Source: a virus
DNA length: 64,000 nt
Strand: one strand, 5' to 3'
IMG/VR virus record: IMGVR_UViG_3300025133_000030
Location: 64,001 to 128,000 of that record
Numbering within the stretch: the stretch's first letter is position 1; the number at the start of each line of letters is the position of its first letter. Both the position numbers and the translations under genes were made by a program. Of the stretch, positions 56,901 through 64,000 are shown piece by piece. Under the pieces are notes generated by a model, which was not told where the DNA came from, ran no database searches, and saw only the letters and a list, made by a program, of their open reading frames with translations.

Positions 56901-59900
56901 ATTTCGTTGATGCAAATGCTTTATTTGCGGATTTTCCTAGAGATTCTTGGAGAAGAAACCCCGCAACCGGAAGATATGAATTAATAGACCAAGCGTCAGC
57001 TGCGACTTTACCGAAATCACTACAAAGCTTGAACCCAATCGCACCACCAAAGTCACTAATGGCAAACAAGCTTCAAGGTGCTATGGATTATGAAAATTAC
57101 ACCGACAAGAATAAAGTAAGGCTGACTGTAGTCGATAAAGAGACTTGGACAAGTTTACATAAAATCTGGGCCGGTACAACAAGTCAGAAGCTATCAAGCG
57201 GAGCAACAGTCGAAGACCTAATAACTAGAAGTAGGAATGTGCAGGTATCACGTGATGACGTGGCATCTATAGCTGCAATCAAAGAAAGGGAAGTGTTTTG
57301 GGAAACAACATATAAGACGTGCTTATATAGTACTCCCGAGGAAGAGCACCTACACAAGGGTATAGCAAAATCGATTGGCCAAGACGTAACTGGAAAATCG
57401 ACCGTAGATGAAAAAGGCAACATGACGGGTAATAGATTTTCGATATCTGGCCGGCAAATAACTGTGAGAGCAGTTCCTCCTGAAAAAGGCGGCTCATATG
57501 CAGAGCAGCAAGCATACACATACGTATCCAGAGGGCGATACCTAGGCAAAGCCCCAGAAAGAACCGAAACATTCGGTGAAGCAGCAGAAAACTGGTGGGA
57601 TGAATATGGAGATTATGTAACAGCAGTCGGCGCGGGAATAGCAATCGGCGCTTTGGCCGCGGCCACCGGTGGCGCAGGCCTAGGTGCACTAGCTGCAGGT
57701 GTTGGCGGTGCCGGCGGTGCCGGCGGAGGTGCATTAGCTGGCGCAGCAGCAGTTGCTGGTGCCGGTGCCGTCGCTGGTGCTGCCGTCGGCGCTGCCGGCG
57801 GCGCTGTTGCGGCCGGGGTAATGGCTATTGAAGATGCTTTAGAGACCGAAGCAGGAATAACATCTACCGTCAACACTTTGCGAAGCGATGCAATTGCAAG
57901 AAGACAAGAAGGTTTTCTAAAAGAAGAGAAAAATGCCACGTCTGTATTCCAAGGAAATGGAATCCAAATGGGCGATCTTGTAACTGTTTGGGCCGACGTC
58001 GACTGGCGCGATTATCTATCGACGCAGGATTCTGGCCGAAGTCGCTTTGGTTGGTTTACTGACAACTGTTATCGTTATGGGTTCGATCGACAAATAGAAG
58101 CCAACGACCCTACTATCGAAGGGCCATGGAGTCGGAGAAACGATACCAGTTTGCCGTATTGGTATGACCGAGCAGGGGGGTGGTTTTTTACATGCGGTAC
58201 CGCAGTTAATTACGCAGTCGAGCCATATTGGACCAGTGATCCGGGCGCCCGTCACCCTGCAGATTTCCAGTCTAATTCCGACTCTCCGTTGAACGTGGCA
58301 ACTAATATGTCTGCAGACTTGCCGAATAACCTTGCACTTCGTGATTACTTGGAATCAAATAAAGCCATCGAGCGCCATATGGGGTTAGATTTTGAGTCTG
58401 GATTGAGCGTCGACGGCAACGCTCATCACACAATGTTTAAGAACTGGCCAGTCTACTCTACTGGTCGACCCGGATATCAATATGTTGGGTGGTTGAGTAG
58501 TGATATTAGAGTAAATGGCAACACGACCATCACAAATCCCGAGGACCCAATTCTTACAACAGAGATGGAAACCACACCAGCAGAAGACTCAGTGACAACG
58601 CTTAGTTCAATTATTTCAGGAAAATCCACATATATTCACTCAAGTGGGAAATCAATTAGAGACAATAACTTGTCCGCCGGATTTATAAACCTAAATGAAT
58701 CTTTGCTTACTGCAGCTGACTATAACAATTGGGCCGACGTAGTTCGGCAAGGCGGAGACCCAACACTAGTTCACACATTAGAGCAGAGCAAAATTGCACT
58801 CGAAAACGAATTGGCAGCACTGCCGGCAATTACTTTAAGGGCAAATAGTCCTGAACTATTAGAGAGGAGGGAGATAGAACAACGCATCAACGACCAGATA
58901 GCATTTATCGAATCTGTACTAGATCCAATCGGATCCTTTGGCGATATCGGAGCGTACGAGTTTCTGTCTGCAATCCACGGCCGCACCAAATGGTACGGGT
59001 CCATGCCGGTAAGATTATCGGAAAGGTCAGAATTTCTAGCCTTGGGTATTGATGCGAACGGGGTATATCTTGATCAAAACAACGACAGCAGTAAATTCAA
59101 CCCAGACGAAGAAAGACTTTCTTTTGCTTCAACGCGTGGCATGTACACAAAAAGGGAAGCAAATCCATACTTCTGGATGCCCAGTTCCATGTTCTTTTTA
59201 GGTGGACTAGGAAACCAAGGATATAGAGTAGAGAACACCTCTGAGTTCGGAGCAGAATGGCAAGCCGGCGGCGGTGCACGAGACCAGCCTTCTAATGCAG
59301 AAGCTGAAAACCCAGCTTTATGTAGAGAATATTATATACCATCTCCATTTGGCATACACCCTAACTTGGGTTATGATACTCGTGGCACTGGCGGCGTACG
59401 CTCCGGTGATCCGGTTTCATGGAATAGGCTCGGTTATAAAGACAAAATGAGCCTGCATGATATCTACCAGTCCGATTTCCCGGGATCTGACGCGAGTCTT
59501 CACAACGCCGGCTTCACCTACGCCCGGGATTCGAAAGCGCCGGCATACTACTGCGAGCCGGGACACACTTTAGGCATGGATTTCCCCGGAGAAAAAGATC
59601 CAGATGAGTTAGGTCAGAATGTTATTAGGGACTTGATGACTTATGGTATTTATAACGACGATAGTAACTTTGATGATATTATAAACTCAATCGCCAACGG
59701 TACCGGAGAAATATCGTACAGAGACTGGTGGTTCACCAGCGGTAGATTTGCCCATGAACACGATACGCAAGATTACCCCTTGCCGAGAATCACCCGAGAG
59801 GAAGGCGAATCCGATGATGAATTCGAACGAAGAAAAACCTCAGAGCAAACTGCATGGAGATCCGCCCGAAACGCCGACATTAAAAAATGGTTCAGTTCTG

Positions 59901-62479
59901 GCGGCCGCAATAAGCGCAACGCCAAGAGTCACAGTAACATCAATAGGGGAAATTCATCGCAAGATACATTAGACATTACTGATCACCACCTATTAAGGGC
60001 TTTCAGTTACGTTAGAACAGTAGGAGCAAAACGTTACTTGTTTCAATTGGAGATACTTTATCGTGCCACCTCAACAAACACGACAAGGACGGGAGACAGG
60101 ATCTACTTATCTCCAACAAATTTGAGGTCGTACCAAGCCGATCGTAGTAAGATCTTGGGCAGGGATTATTTTTATGAACCATCCGGCCACAACAAAAGAC
60201 GACACTCGGATTCTCCAAACCAAGCAAGGTATAATACAAATTATTATAGGCTTTTCTCCACCACTCAAGGCCGCGACCACAATAGCGATTATAATTATAA
60301 GGTCGAATCTGTTCTGCGAGCATATGATTTGTCTGCCATCATGTCCGAACATGGAACCTATCGTGAGACTGCCGGCATGCCGACAGGCTTCCCGGACCTA
60401 CCCCCAGACGAGCTAGAAAGAATAGAACTAGCTTTGGAAACTCTGGCACAAGACTATCTAACGGACTTGAAAGAAAATAAGCCTATCTCTGTACCTTATG
60501 AAGCTCCCGGAGGAAAAACGAAATATATGATCCGTGATGCTAAATCATATTTAAGAGACGGCGAGGGCTGGGCATATGATCCTTCCCAATTTGCTCTTAA
60601 AAAGTGGTGGACGGGACGAAGAAAAGCCCGCGGCGACAAAATCGAAGCTGCATCTGTGGATACTTGGTACGACATCGCACTTCGAATAAACCTTCCGGGT
60701 AAGACATATGTTATGAAGAGGGTATTTCTGGCGAACAATACTGCGAAAATTAATACTACTGATGTTTACAACGTTGACTTGATGACCGGCATTGATTTAC
60801 CGGGCGACATAGATGAGATATTAGAGTCAACAGAACTTAACTTCGCGATTACCCCCGAGAAGAGACTAAGACTTAAAGCTCACGAAATTGAAAACTGCTA
60901 CAATTTTGTCCGCGGAATCCGACAACCAGCCTCTTTTATCAATTGGATTGAGAGCTATCGAGAATGGGCAGAAGACGGACAAGCTATATTGGAAGAGTTA
61001 AATGGCCAATTGAATAAGTGTAATATGGAATTTGGAATGAGATTGACTTACGTCAACGCTCTAGATGATGAATTTTCAAACAGTGAAGTCTCAGAGACCA
61101 ACGAGAGATTTCATAATGTGGAGTTTCCTACGGAGGCGCCAGATGTAGTGGAGGAGCCCGAAAGCCCATTTTCGTCGATCCCAAGTACTTCAACTATCCA
61201 GAGAACGAGGATGCCTCCTAGAACGAGTCCCGACCCAGAAGCGCTACTTACGGAGTTGGACCCTAACATAGAGCCAGTGGGATTTGGAAGAGGTCGAGAT
61301 GATAGGGTATATTCTCAAAAGAAGTTTAGAACGACAGAGAATTTTTATGCTCCACCTAATACTCGGGACGAAGAAATGTTGCGACACAAATATATATATT
61401 CTATGCCAATCATAGAAAAGACGGTACCGTTTAAGTTATCTAACATATTGACAATAGAGAGACAGGACTTTTCAGAGGTTGCTATGGATGCACTTCGCGC
61501 CGCCGACAACGCAGCTATCCCACTAACAGGAGAAGTCCGAGATCAGCTCAACGAAATGGCCAACACCGCTGATGATCCGAGTTCTGCCGCGGGATCTTAT
61601 GGAAATGAAGCTATTTATGACGCCCCACAACCTATAGGGGCCCCTGAGAGAGAATCGGGGCATTCTCCAGAAGACCCAACGTTTATAAATGTAGTTCAAT
61701 ATACAGAAGGATTGTCACCAGAAGAGTTCCTCGCAGGCCAATTCGCGACTATAGACACAGGAAATCTCGATGTGCAGGGATATTTAAAAAACAAAATAAT
61801 AAGCTCAGATGAATTTAATATTTTCTTTAAATATTTATTTCCGATAAAGAGGTTTTCGTCTGTGATGGCAATTTACAACGTCCACGCCACTTCAGCAAAT
61901 TATGATTTAGACAAGATGTTTGATCGTACCAGAGGCCTCACAATGTTAATAGCAAAAAATATGATGGTCTCAGACTGGAGAGGAATTCAGGTTGATGCAA
62001 ATCCTATCCCAGAGGGATTTGACATGAGTCAATATTCGATAAGTCCAGATGATCCAAGTCTTGGTGAGATAATTACAGACTCTCTAATTAGAATGACAAG
62101 GGGTTTAGCATATATGACATCCCCCGGTTATCGAGCAATGTATAAACCGTTAAATGATTGTAACTTGACTTCAGGATTGACGTGGGGTTCTTTTCAGGGT
62201 CGACCTGAAAGAAGGACAGGCAGAAACGACTTCAGGCCATGGGATATGTATCCGCCAATCCCCCTACTTGCAGGGCAGCATGGCTTGTACGAGTGGCCAA
62301 ATGCACCGTTTATGGGTGCATATCTTAATCCGCTGGTAACGGTGGCTCTTTCGCTTCCTCACTTGGAAGGAGAGTCGTCAGATGCAGTATGTAACCAGTA
62401 TCGTTTTGAACCTAGAAGACAGGTGAACTGTTTAGAGAAAGGAATAAGAAATCCACTAGAAATAAAAAAGAATGATTAA
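50969..62479 (+). CDS. Giant 3836-aa virion structural protein
   Basis: Uninterrupted 11.5-kb ORF between spike-like and gp25 genes; CTAATTA upstream; internal Gly/Ala hydrophobic segment. Confidence 0.75.
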   Translation: MARIPGTAVTQRSPMTQAQRELENSYDWRTLEEPKYVPNEAAYVVNIKTPYASSRGGGIGVDESQLADIKAWARTQAIKKIFDFYDKKCVFLSGGNPEPHDSWRQRYPGLGEGIHESWRNYLIESNPPASGERSVDGFTWNSRELAGILGITFEEITIEDYYNEPSFGDPTDWFISSRPGSTIQVKVLFAADYVDAIPQNIEGYTGSGGLSRNAKKSLIAKMATYPLFGTPEETRRGRTIIDPGSARARDYSDVRRNVGTLDAALSGDETAKDTIRKSAQRGFEQSRTKREFDYYNRKFKLKGPYRQDQDPFSAPDNQSFTSAIASARDQGALVGAKVLARELAVNEGKNYLKSSMKQGANAAYDKSARKAAVAAAKSNNKKGEDLANIDSPVVTRRYETRNFLEKIEFVAKSLEEFDKDVKKFRESGGEIYFSFLAPFEGEAEEIKRQQKEAQEKIYSDKRKGVYGTGPERHDKAARAVEKSDEEVIARIHSQSMQKLNLKREANSLRQIANSLAGFLSDNTEVYKKDHKERWKAGSGIPMSPFNQGFAGQGPFLDINFHILNKQTEPLIDIDFPTGTALTAAMDYHGPGRHKKFPTADAIDEELSQYIEEVGISGRLASVTYIDKGFVEYPCLYNVGAFMKSGGFTNPVSVGYLFQLDTMYDELMALNSCREIGAGIPSFPFIFRFTYPGLQIKPAKPTAKAKFKLGSSVKTEAEGIKEDAIYSSKMAKRDAGGALKGASNYVAQKLPYGNICTLKELHQKFLKKFSLSKILCDLYACFQLPGIPDISLWQPKFSMPKFKKSKTGWPKINLKDALKEMIVRFLCGLITELINAVNSPDCDAWKEFAGDLIGGIIEDIKAELNQALENIVPGLGQAAFGLPELEREDACPDLGGVTPTPNRLGTQNQQLLSASSVSDLVEKLSHALRPSEFCSLLAGEPDEMTLQVVNVMIDSRYPALRTIFTTNDIIMSVFSALGSTIIGQDLCQLMLGAVSGPSGPDALCDVDAFRQRVLANRVSKDELDEQVEADKRRRNRLYNKLKRLADSQNILSGVVPDNIVGGTPDSDNPALVPLYVPGSRVDAAADIAIRTVFNAITAPYDVEVKSFKNRMRGPALGQASAGSAPSEPPIDALRFRALMDNPDSVFYNPTGIQPDWYTGQNLMDDTELLSRMFEAWQNYNKTLNPDPQGETEAVFAEKLIMLLRDFKSIERVQTEDRVAKFKLLVEPDESPDDDMGVEIEYSHKPSTFCITDTYNLKDTYSVSISGEGMQHEISFDGSSEVDIEGEAIREQISDYDIKEFRREDGLPIQQQIYAFFAADIWSEYFGHGFKFNNHNSGYGSPFFSYMASNQFYTVIESILQTIAKRIAESDLITKDEFGRYGLENIDLNPVFDSDGCRLDGLISINSAIQSVKQHFYGLMGQEDQDYDPGPLPLSMASKGVTSILVRLMIVQVVLEGIVSFKEFGINTLYEDEMLVHYMMKRFDTMLQNFDSPADYTGNGDYSNFFKMFQLLLIFSEREQVTTDEVSNLSAALVTLSAPSTTMDEEEFEARHPDLFSEIEYQAALKKSIISNSMLVADSVRTIIGAATRDIFLAYANNLDVMDVAASRHKIDGWEDIYGTADTGGRLGHSSLAELEYNDELRHEDGFRRHIEQVIGPFPYNPEEKNRFYNPDGTLKAGMESFTDGGFVLEKFIKIQEVNWNDEVFRGYSNGVLNARDEQRVLVRHPEITEAPAGNLIPVESFKEWVFEMVGRPPTQRGDEDWFGAYFDCSNTFYGTATACEERLSDEDGYGPNDVGYDETKDLYGLTPAYLPNGHHDFGDDGNGHYHEKTDQNGGSDSNILFTTGKLPIHTGDTWGPDNGISIRGYATPQGRSATDTGPNAIDKQIERYLLDPASSQNPWVPLRFEKIRFMYTEDQRTSDKNPFLRTKLDTFRRRSPSLSPSRYIEDFTNDGLLGMSTTETDNSIEPKHNDTCGTKYVIYFVDANALFADFPRDSWRRNPATGRYELIDQASAATLPKSLQSLNPIAPPKSLMANKLQGAMDYENYTDKNKVRLTVVDKETWTSLHKIWAGTTSQKLSSGATVEDLITRSRNVQVSRDDVASIAAIKEREVFWETTYKTCLYSTPEEEHLHKGIAKSIGQDVTGKSTVDEKGNMTGNRFSISGRQITVRAVPPEKGGSYAEQQAYTYVSRGRYLGKAPERTETFGEAAENWWDEYGDYVTAVGAGIAIGALAAATGGAGLGALAAGVGGAGGAGGGALAGAAAVAGAGAVAGAAVGAAGGAVAAGVMAIEDALETEAGITSTVNTLRSDAIARRQEGFLKEEKNATSVFQGNGIQMGDLVTVWADVDWRDYLSTQDSGRSRFGWFTDNCYRYGFDRQIEANDPTIEGPWSRRNDTSLPYWYDRAGGWFFTCGTAVNYAVEPYWTSDPGARHPADFQSNSDSPLNVATNMSADLPNNLALRDYLESNKAIERHMGLDFESGLSVDGNAHHTMFKNWPVYSTGRPGYQYVGWLSSDIRVNGNTTITNPEDPILTTEMETTPAEDSVTTLSSIISGKSTYIHSSGKSIRDNNLSAGFINLNESLLTAADYNNWADVVRQGGDPTLVHTLEQSKIALENELAALPAITLRANSPELLERREIEQRINDQIAFIESVLDPIGSFGDIGAYEFLSAIHGRTKWYGSMPVRLSERSEFLALGIDANGVYLDQNNDSSKFNPDEERLSFASTRGMYTKREANPYFWMPSSMFFLGGLGNQGYRVENTSEFGAEWQAGGGARDQPSNAEAENPALCREYYIPSPFGIHPNLGYDTRGTGGVRSGDPVSWNRLGYKDKMSLHDIYQSDFPGSDASLHNAGFTYARDSKAPAYYCEPGHTLGMDFPGEKDPDELGQNVIRDLMTYGIYNDDSNFDDIINSIANGTGEISYRDWWFTSGRFAHEHDTQDYPLPRITREEGESDDEFERRKTSEQTAWRSARNADIKKWFSSGGRNKRNAKSHSNINRGNSSQDTLDITDHHLLRAFSYVRTVGAKRYLFQLEILYRATSTNTTRTGDRIYLSPTNLRSYQADRSKILGRDYFYEPSGHNKRRHSDSPNQARYNTNYYRLFSTTQGRDHNSDYNYKVESVLRAYDLSAIMSEHGTYRETAGMPTGFPDLPPDELERIELALETLAQDYLTDLKENKPISVPYEAPGGKTKYMIRDAKSYLRDGEGWAYDPSQFALKKWWTGRRKARGDKIEAASVDTWYDIALRINLPGKTYVMKRVFLANNTAKINTTDVYNVDLMTGIDLPGDIDEILESTELNFAITPEKRLRLKAHEIENCYNFVRGIRQPASFINWIESYREWAEDGQAILEELNGQLNKCNMEFGMRLTYVNALDDEFSNSEVSETNERFHNVEFPTEAPDVVEEPESPFSSIPSTSTIQRTRMPPRTSPDPEALLTELDPNIEPVGFGRGRDDRVYSQKKFRTTENFYAPPNTRDEEMLRHKYIYSMPIIEKTVPFKLSNILTIERQDFSEVAMDALRAADNAAIPLTGEVRDQLNEMANTADDPSSAAGSYGNEAIYDAPQPIGAPERESGHSPEDPTFINVVQYTEGLSPEEFLAGQFATIDTGNLDVQGYLKNKIISSDEFNIFFKYLFPIKRFSSVMAIYNVHATSANYDLDKMFDRTRGLTMLIAKNMMVSDWRGIQVDANPIPEGFDMSQYSISPDDPSLGEIITDSLIRMTRGLAYMTSPGYRAMYKPLNDCNLTSGLTWGSFQGRPERRTGRNDFRPWDMYPPIPLLAGQHGLYEWPNAPFMGAYLNPLVTVALSLPHLEGESSDAVCNQYRFEPRRQVNCLEKGIRNPLEIKKND

Positions 62480-62493
62480 TTAGGAGAAACAAG

Positions 62494-62910
62494 ATGGCAT
62501 CAGGAATAGGACCAAAATTACCACTTTTACCAGATGACGTCGACGGCGCATATGCCTTGACAAAAGATCTTAAGGACACAATAAAGCAGAATTTTAGAAA
62601 CTTGATGTTGACAATTCCCGGCGAAAGGATAATGCTTCCTGACTTTGGTGTTGGCATAGCTCGATATCTGTTTGAAAATCAGACGAACTCAAGAATGTTG
62701 CTGTCATCAATAACGTCTAGAGTACAGGATCAAACAAAAAGGCATATGCCCTTTATAACTATAAACTCTGTAAATATGAATACGGCTGAAAACGACCCAA
62801 CGATGTCTCCGCATACAATGATACTTTATGTGGAATATTTTATAACTCCTCTTAATCAAGGGGATTCTTTGGAAATAGGTGTCGATTTAACCGGCGAAGT
62901 GATTTTATAA
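62494..62910 (+). CDS. Baseplate wedge protein, gp25/GPW family
   Basis: IKQNFRNLMLTIPGERIMLPDFGVGIARYLFE...MPFITI. Confidence 0.9.
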   Translation: MASGIGPKLPLLPDDVDGAYALTKDLKDTIKQNFRNLMLTIPGERIMLPDFGVGIARYLFENQTNSRMLLSSITSRVQDQTKRHMPFITINSVNMNTAENDPTMSPHTMILYVEYFITPLNQGDSLEIGVDLTGEVIL

Positions 62911-62957
62911 TTCTCCAATATTTATTCTTTTTCCTACTTATATAGAGGACATAAATT

Positions 62958-64000
62958 ATGAGCAACTCCCGTAAGAACAATCTTTCGATAGATTACACCA
63001 GTCGCGACTTCGAATCAATACGAGAAGATCTTATTGATTATGTAAAAAGATATTATCCAAATACTCACAAAGACTTCAACGAAGCTAGTTTTGGAGCTAT
63101 GATGATAGACACCGTTGCATATGTAGGTGATATGCTGTCATATTATCTCGACTACAGTCTCAACGAGACCTTTCTGACAACCGCGTCAGAGAGAAAAAAT
63201 GTCCTAAAGATAGGTCGCCAGCTTGGGTATACATCCCCTGCAGTTGCGTCTTCTGTCGGAGACGTATTTCTTTTCATAAATGTCCCTGCTAAATCTGATG
63301 GGTCGCTAGATTTATCGTATGCTCCTGTTTTGCGAGCGGGAAGTACGTTTGCAACAACCAATAGGAGCGTGTTTACTTTAATATCGGATGTTGATTTTTC
63401 AAGTGCACTCAATACTGTTGTCGTCGCAACCGTTGACGATACGTCTGGCATTCCCCTTAATTATGCAATTCGGGCCCCCGGTAGAGTGGTGTCAGGCGAA
63501 CGAAAGCAAGAGACGTACACAGTAGGGTCAGTTGTTGATTTTCTTCGCTTAGAGATCGAAGATTCAAACGTGACAGACGTTATTTCAGTAGTAGATGAGG
63601 ATGGCCATGAATACTATGAAGTGGAAGCACTGTCCCAAAACGTAGTGTACAAAGAAGTTACCAACAGGGGTGAGTTCAAAGAGATGGTGCCCTCGATCAT
63701 TAGGCCTATTTCTGCACCTCGCCGTTATATCATAGAAAACGCCGGAGGCAGCACTTTTGTGCAGTTCGGCAAAGGTTCGGAAGAAGAACAAACAGCACAA
63801 GATATAGTGGATCCCTCAAACGTAGTTCTGGATATATATGGAAAGAATTATATAACAGACTTCTCTTTTGATCCGTCTAAGCTCCAGAGAACTGATAAAA
63901 TGGGAATATCGCCATCAAACACTAAGATCTTTGTCACATACAGGACTAACAGCAATGGCAATTCGAATTGTGCCACTGGGGCGCTCAACGCCGTTTTAAG
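62958..64000 (+). CDS. Baseplate wedge subunit, T4 gp6/baseplate J-like (3' truncated)
   Basis: MSNSRKNNLSIDYTSRDFESIREDLIDYVKRYYP...DFNEASFGAMMIDTVAYVGDMLSYYLD...ETFLTTA; runs to the window end. Confidence 0.88.
   Translation, partial: MSNSRKNNLSIDYTSRDFESIREDLIDYVKRYYPNTHKDFNEASFGAMMIDTVAYVGDMLSYYLDYSLNETFLTTASERKNVLKIGRQLGYTSPAVASSVGDVFLFINVPAKSDGSLDLSYAPVLRAGSTFATTNRSVFTLISDVDFSSALNTVVVATVDDTSGIPLNYAIRAPGRVVSGERKQETYTVGSVVDFLRLEIEDSNVTDVISVVDEDGHEYYEVEALSQNVVYKEVTNRGEFKEMVPSIIRPISAPRRYIIENAGGSTFVQFGKGSEEEQTAQDIVDPSNVVLDIYGKNYITDFSFDPSKLQRTDKMGISPSNTKIFVTYRTNSNGNSNCATGALNAVL

Overview
This window is a 64-kb segment of a large, myovirus-like (T4-related or jumbo) bacteriophage genome, read in the standard genetic code and almost entirely on the + strand. 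(1) 1-6250 is an early-type accessory region. It opens with a tandem array of at least nine ~60-aa SH3/KOW-like mini-genes joined by a conserved dual-coding ~30-bp junction. Next come small-gene modules driven by a repeated sigma70 promoter and separated by long-stem RNA structures. It ends in a largely non-coding ~1.3-kb block with a 158-bp duplication, IHF-consensus sites, an array of YGYCA-N6-TGACR palindromes and a C-rich tract. (2) 6.3-20 kb holds a thioredoxin, a CglF/GltF-like secreted peptide, an RNase H-like protein, PurA and several large proteins carrying (L/I/V)xE helices typical of head-packaged proteins, including a peptidase/ligase-like/HxGH polyprotein. (3) 20-30 kb holds a Cys-rich peptide, tmRNA, a fibre-like protein, a minimal TilS next to its tRNA-Ile2(CAU), a ClpP-like protease, a trypsin-like protease, PIN-PhoH and a PD-(D/E)XK nuclease. 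(4) 30-46.7 kb is a ~16.6-kb glycosyltransferase and nucleotide-sugar cluster. (5) 47-64 kb holds a gp55-like sigma factor and baseplate genes (M23-fused hub-like protein, spike-like protein, a 3836-aa giant protein, gp25, partial gp6/J). Several weak clues point to a Myxococcota- or Bdellovibrionota-like host. All functional calls come from motif recognition by eye; no database search was run.
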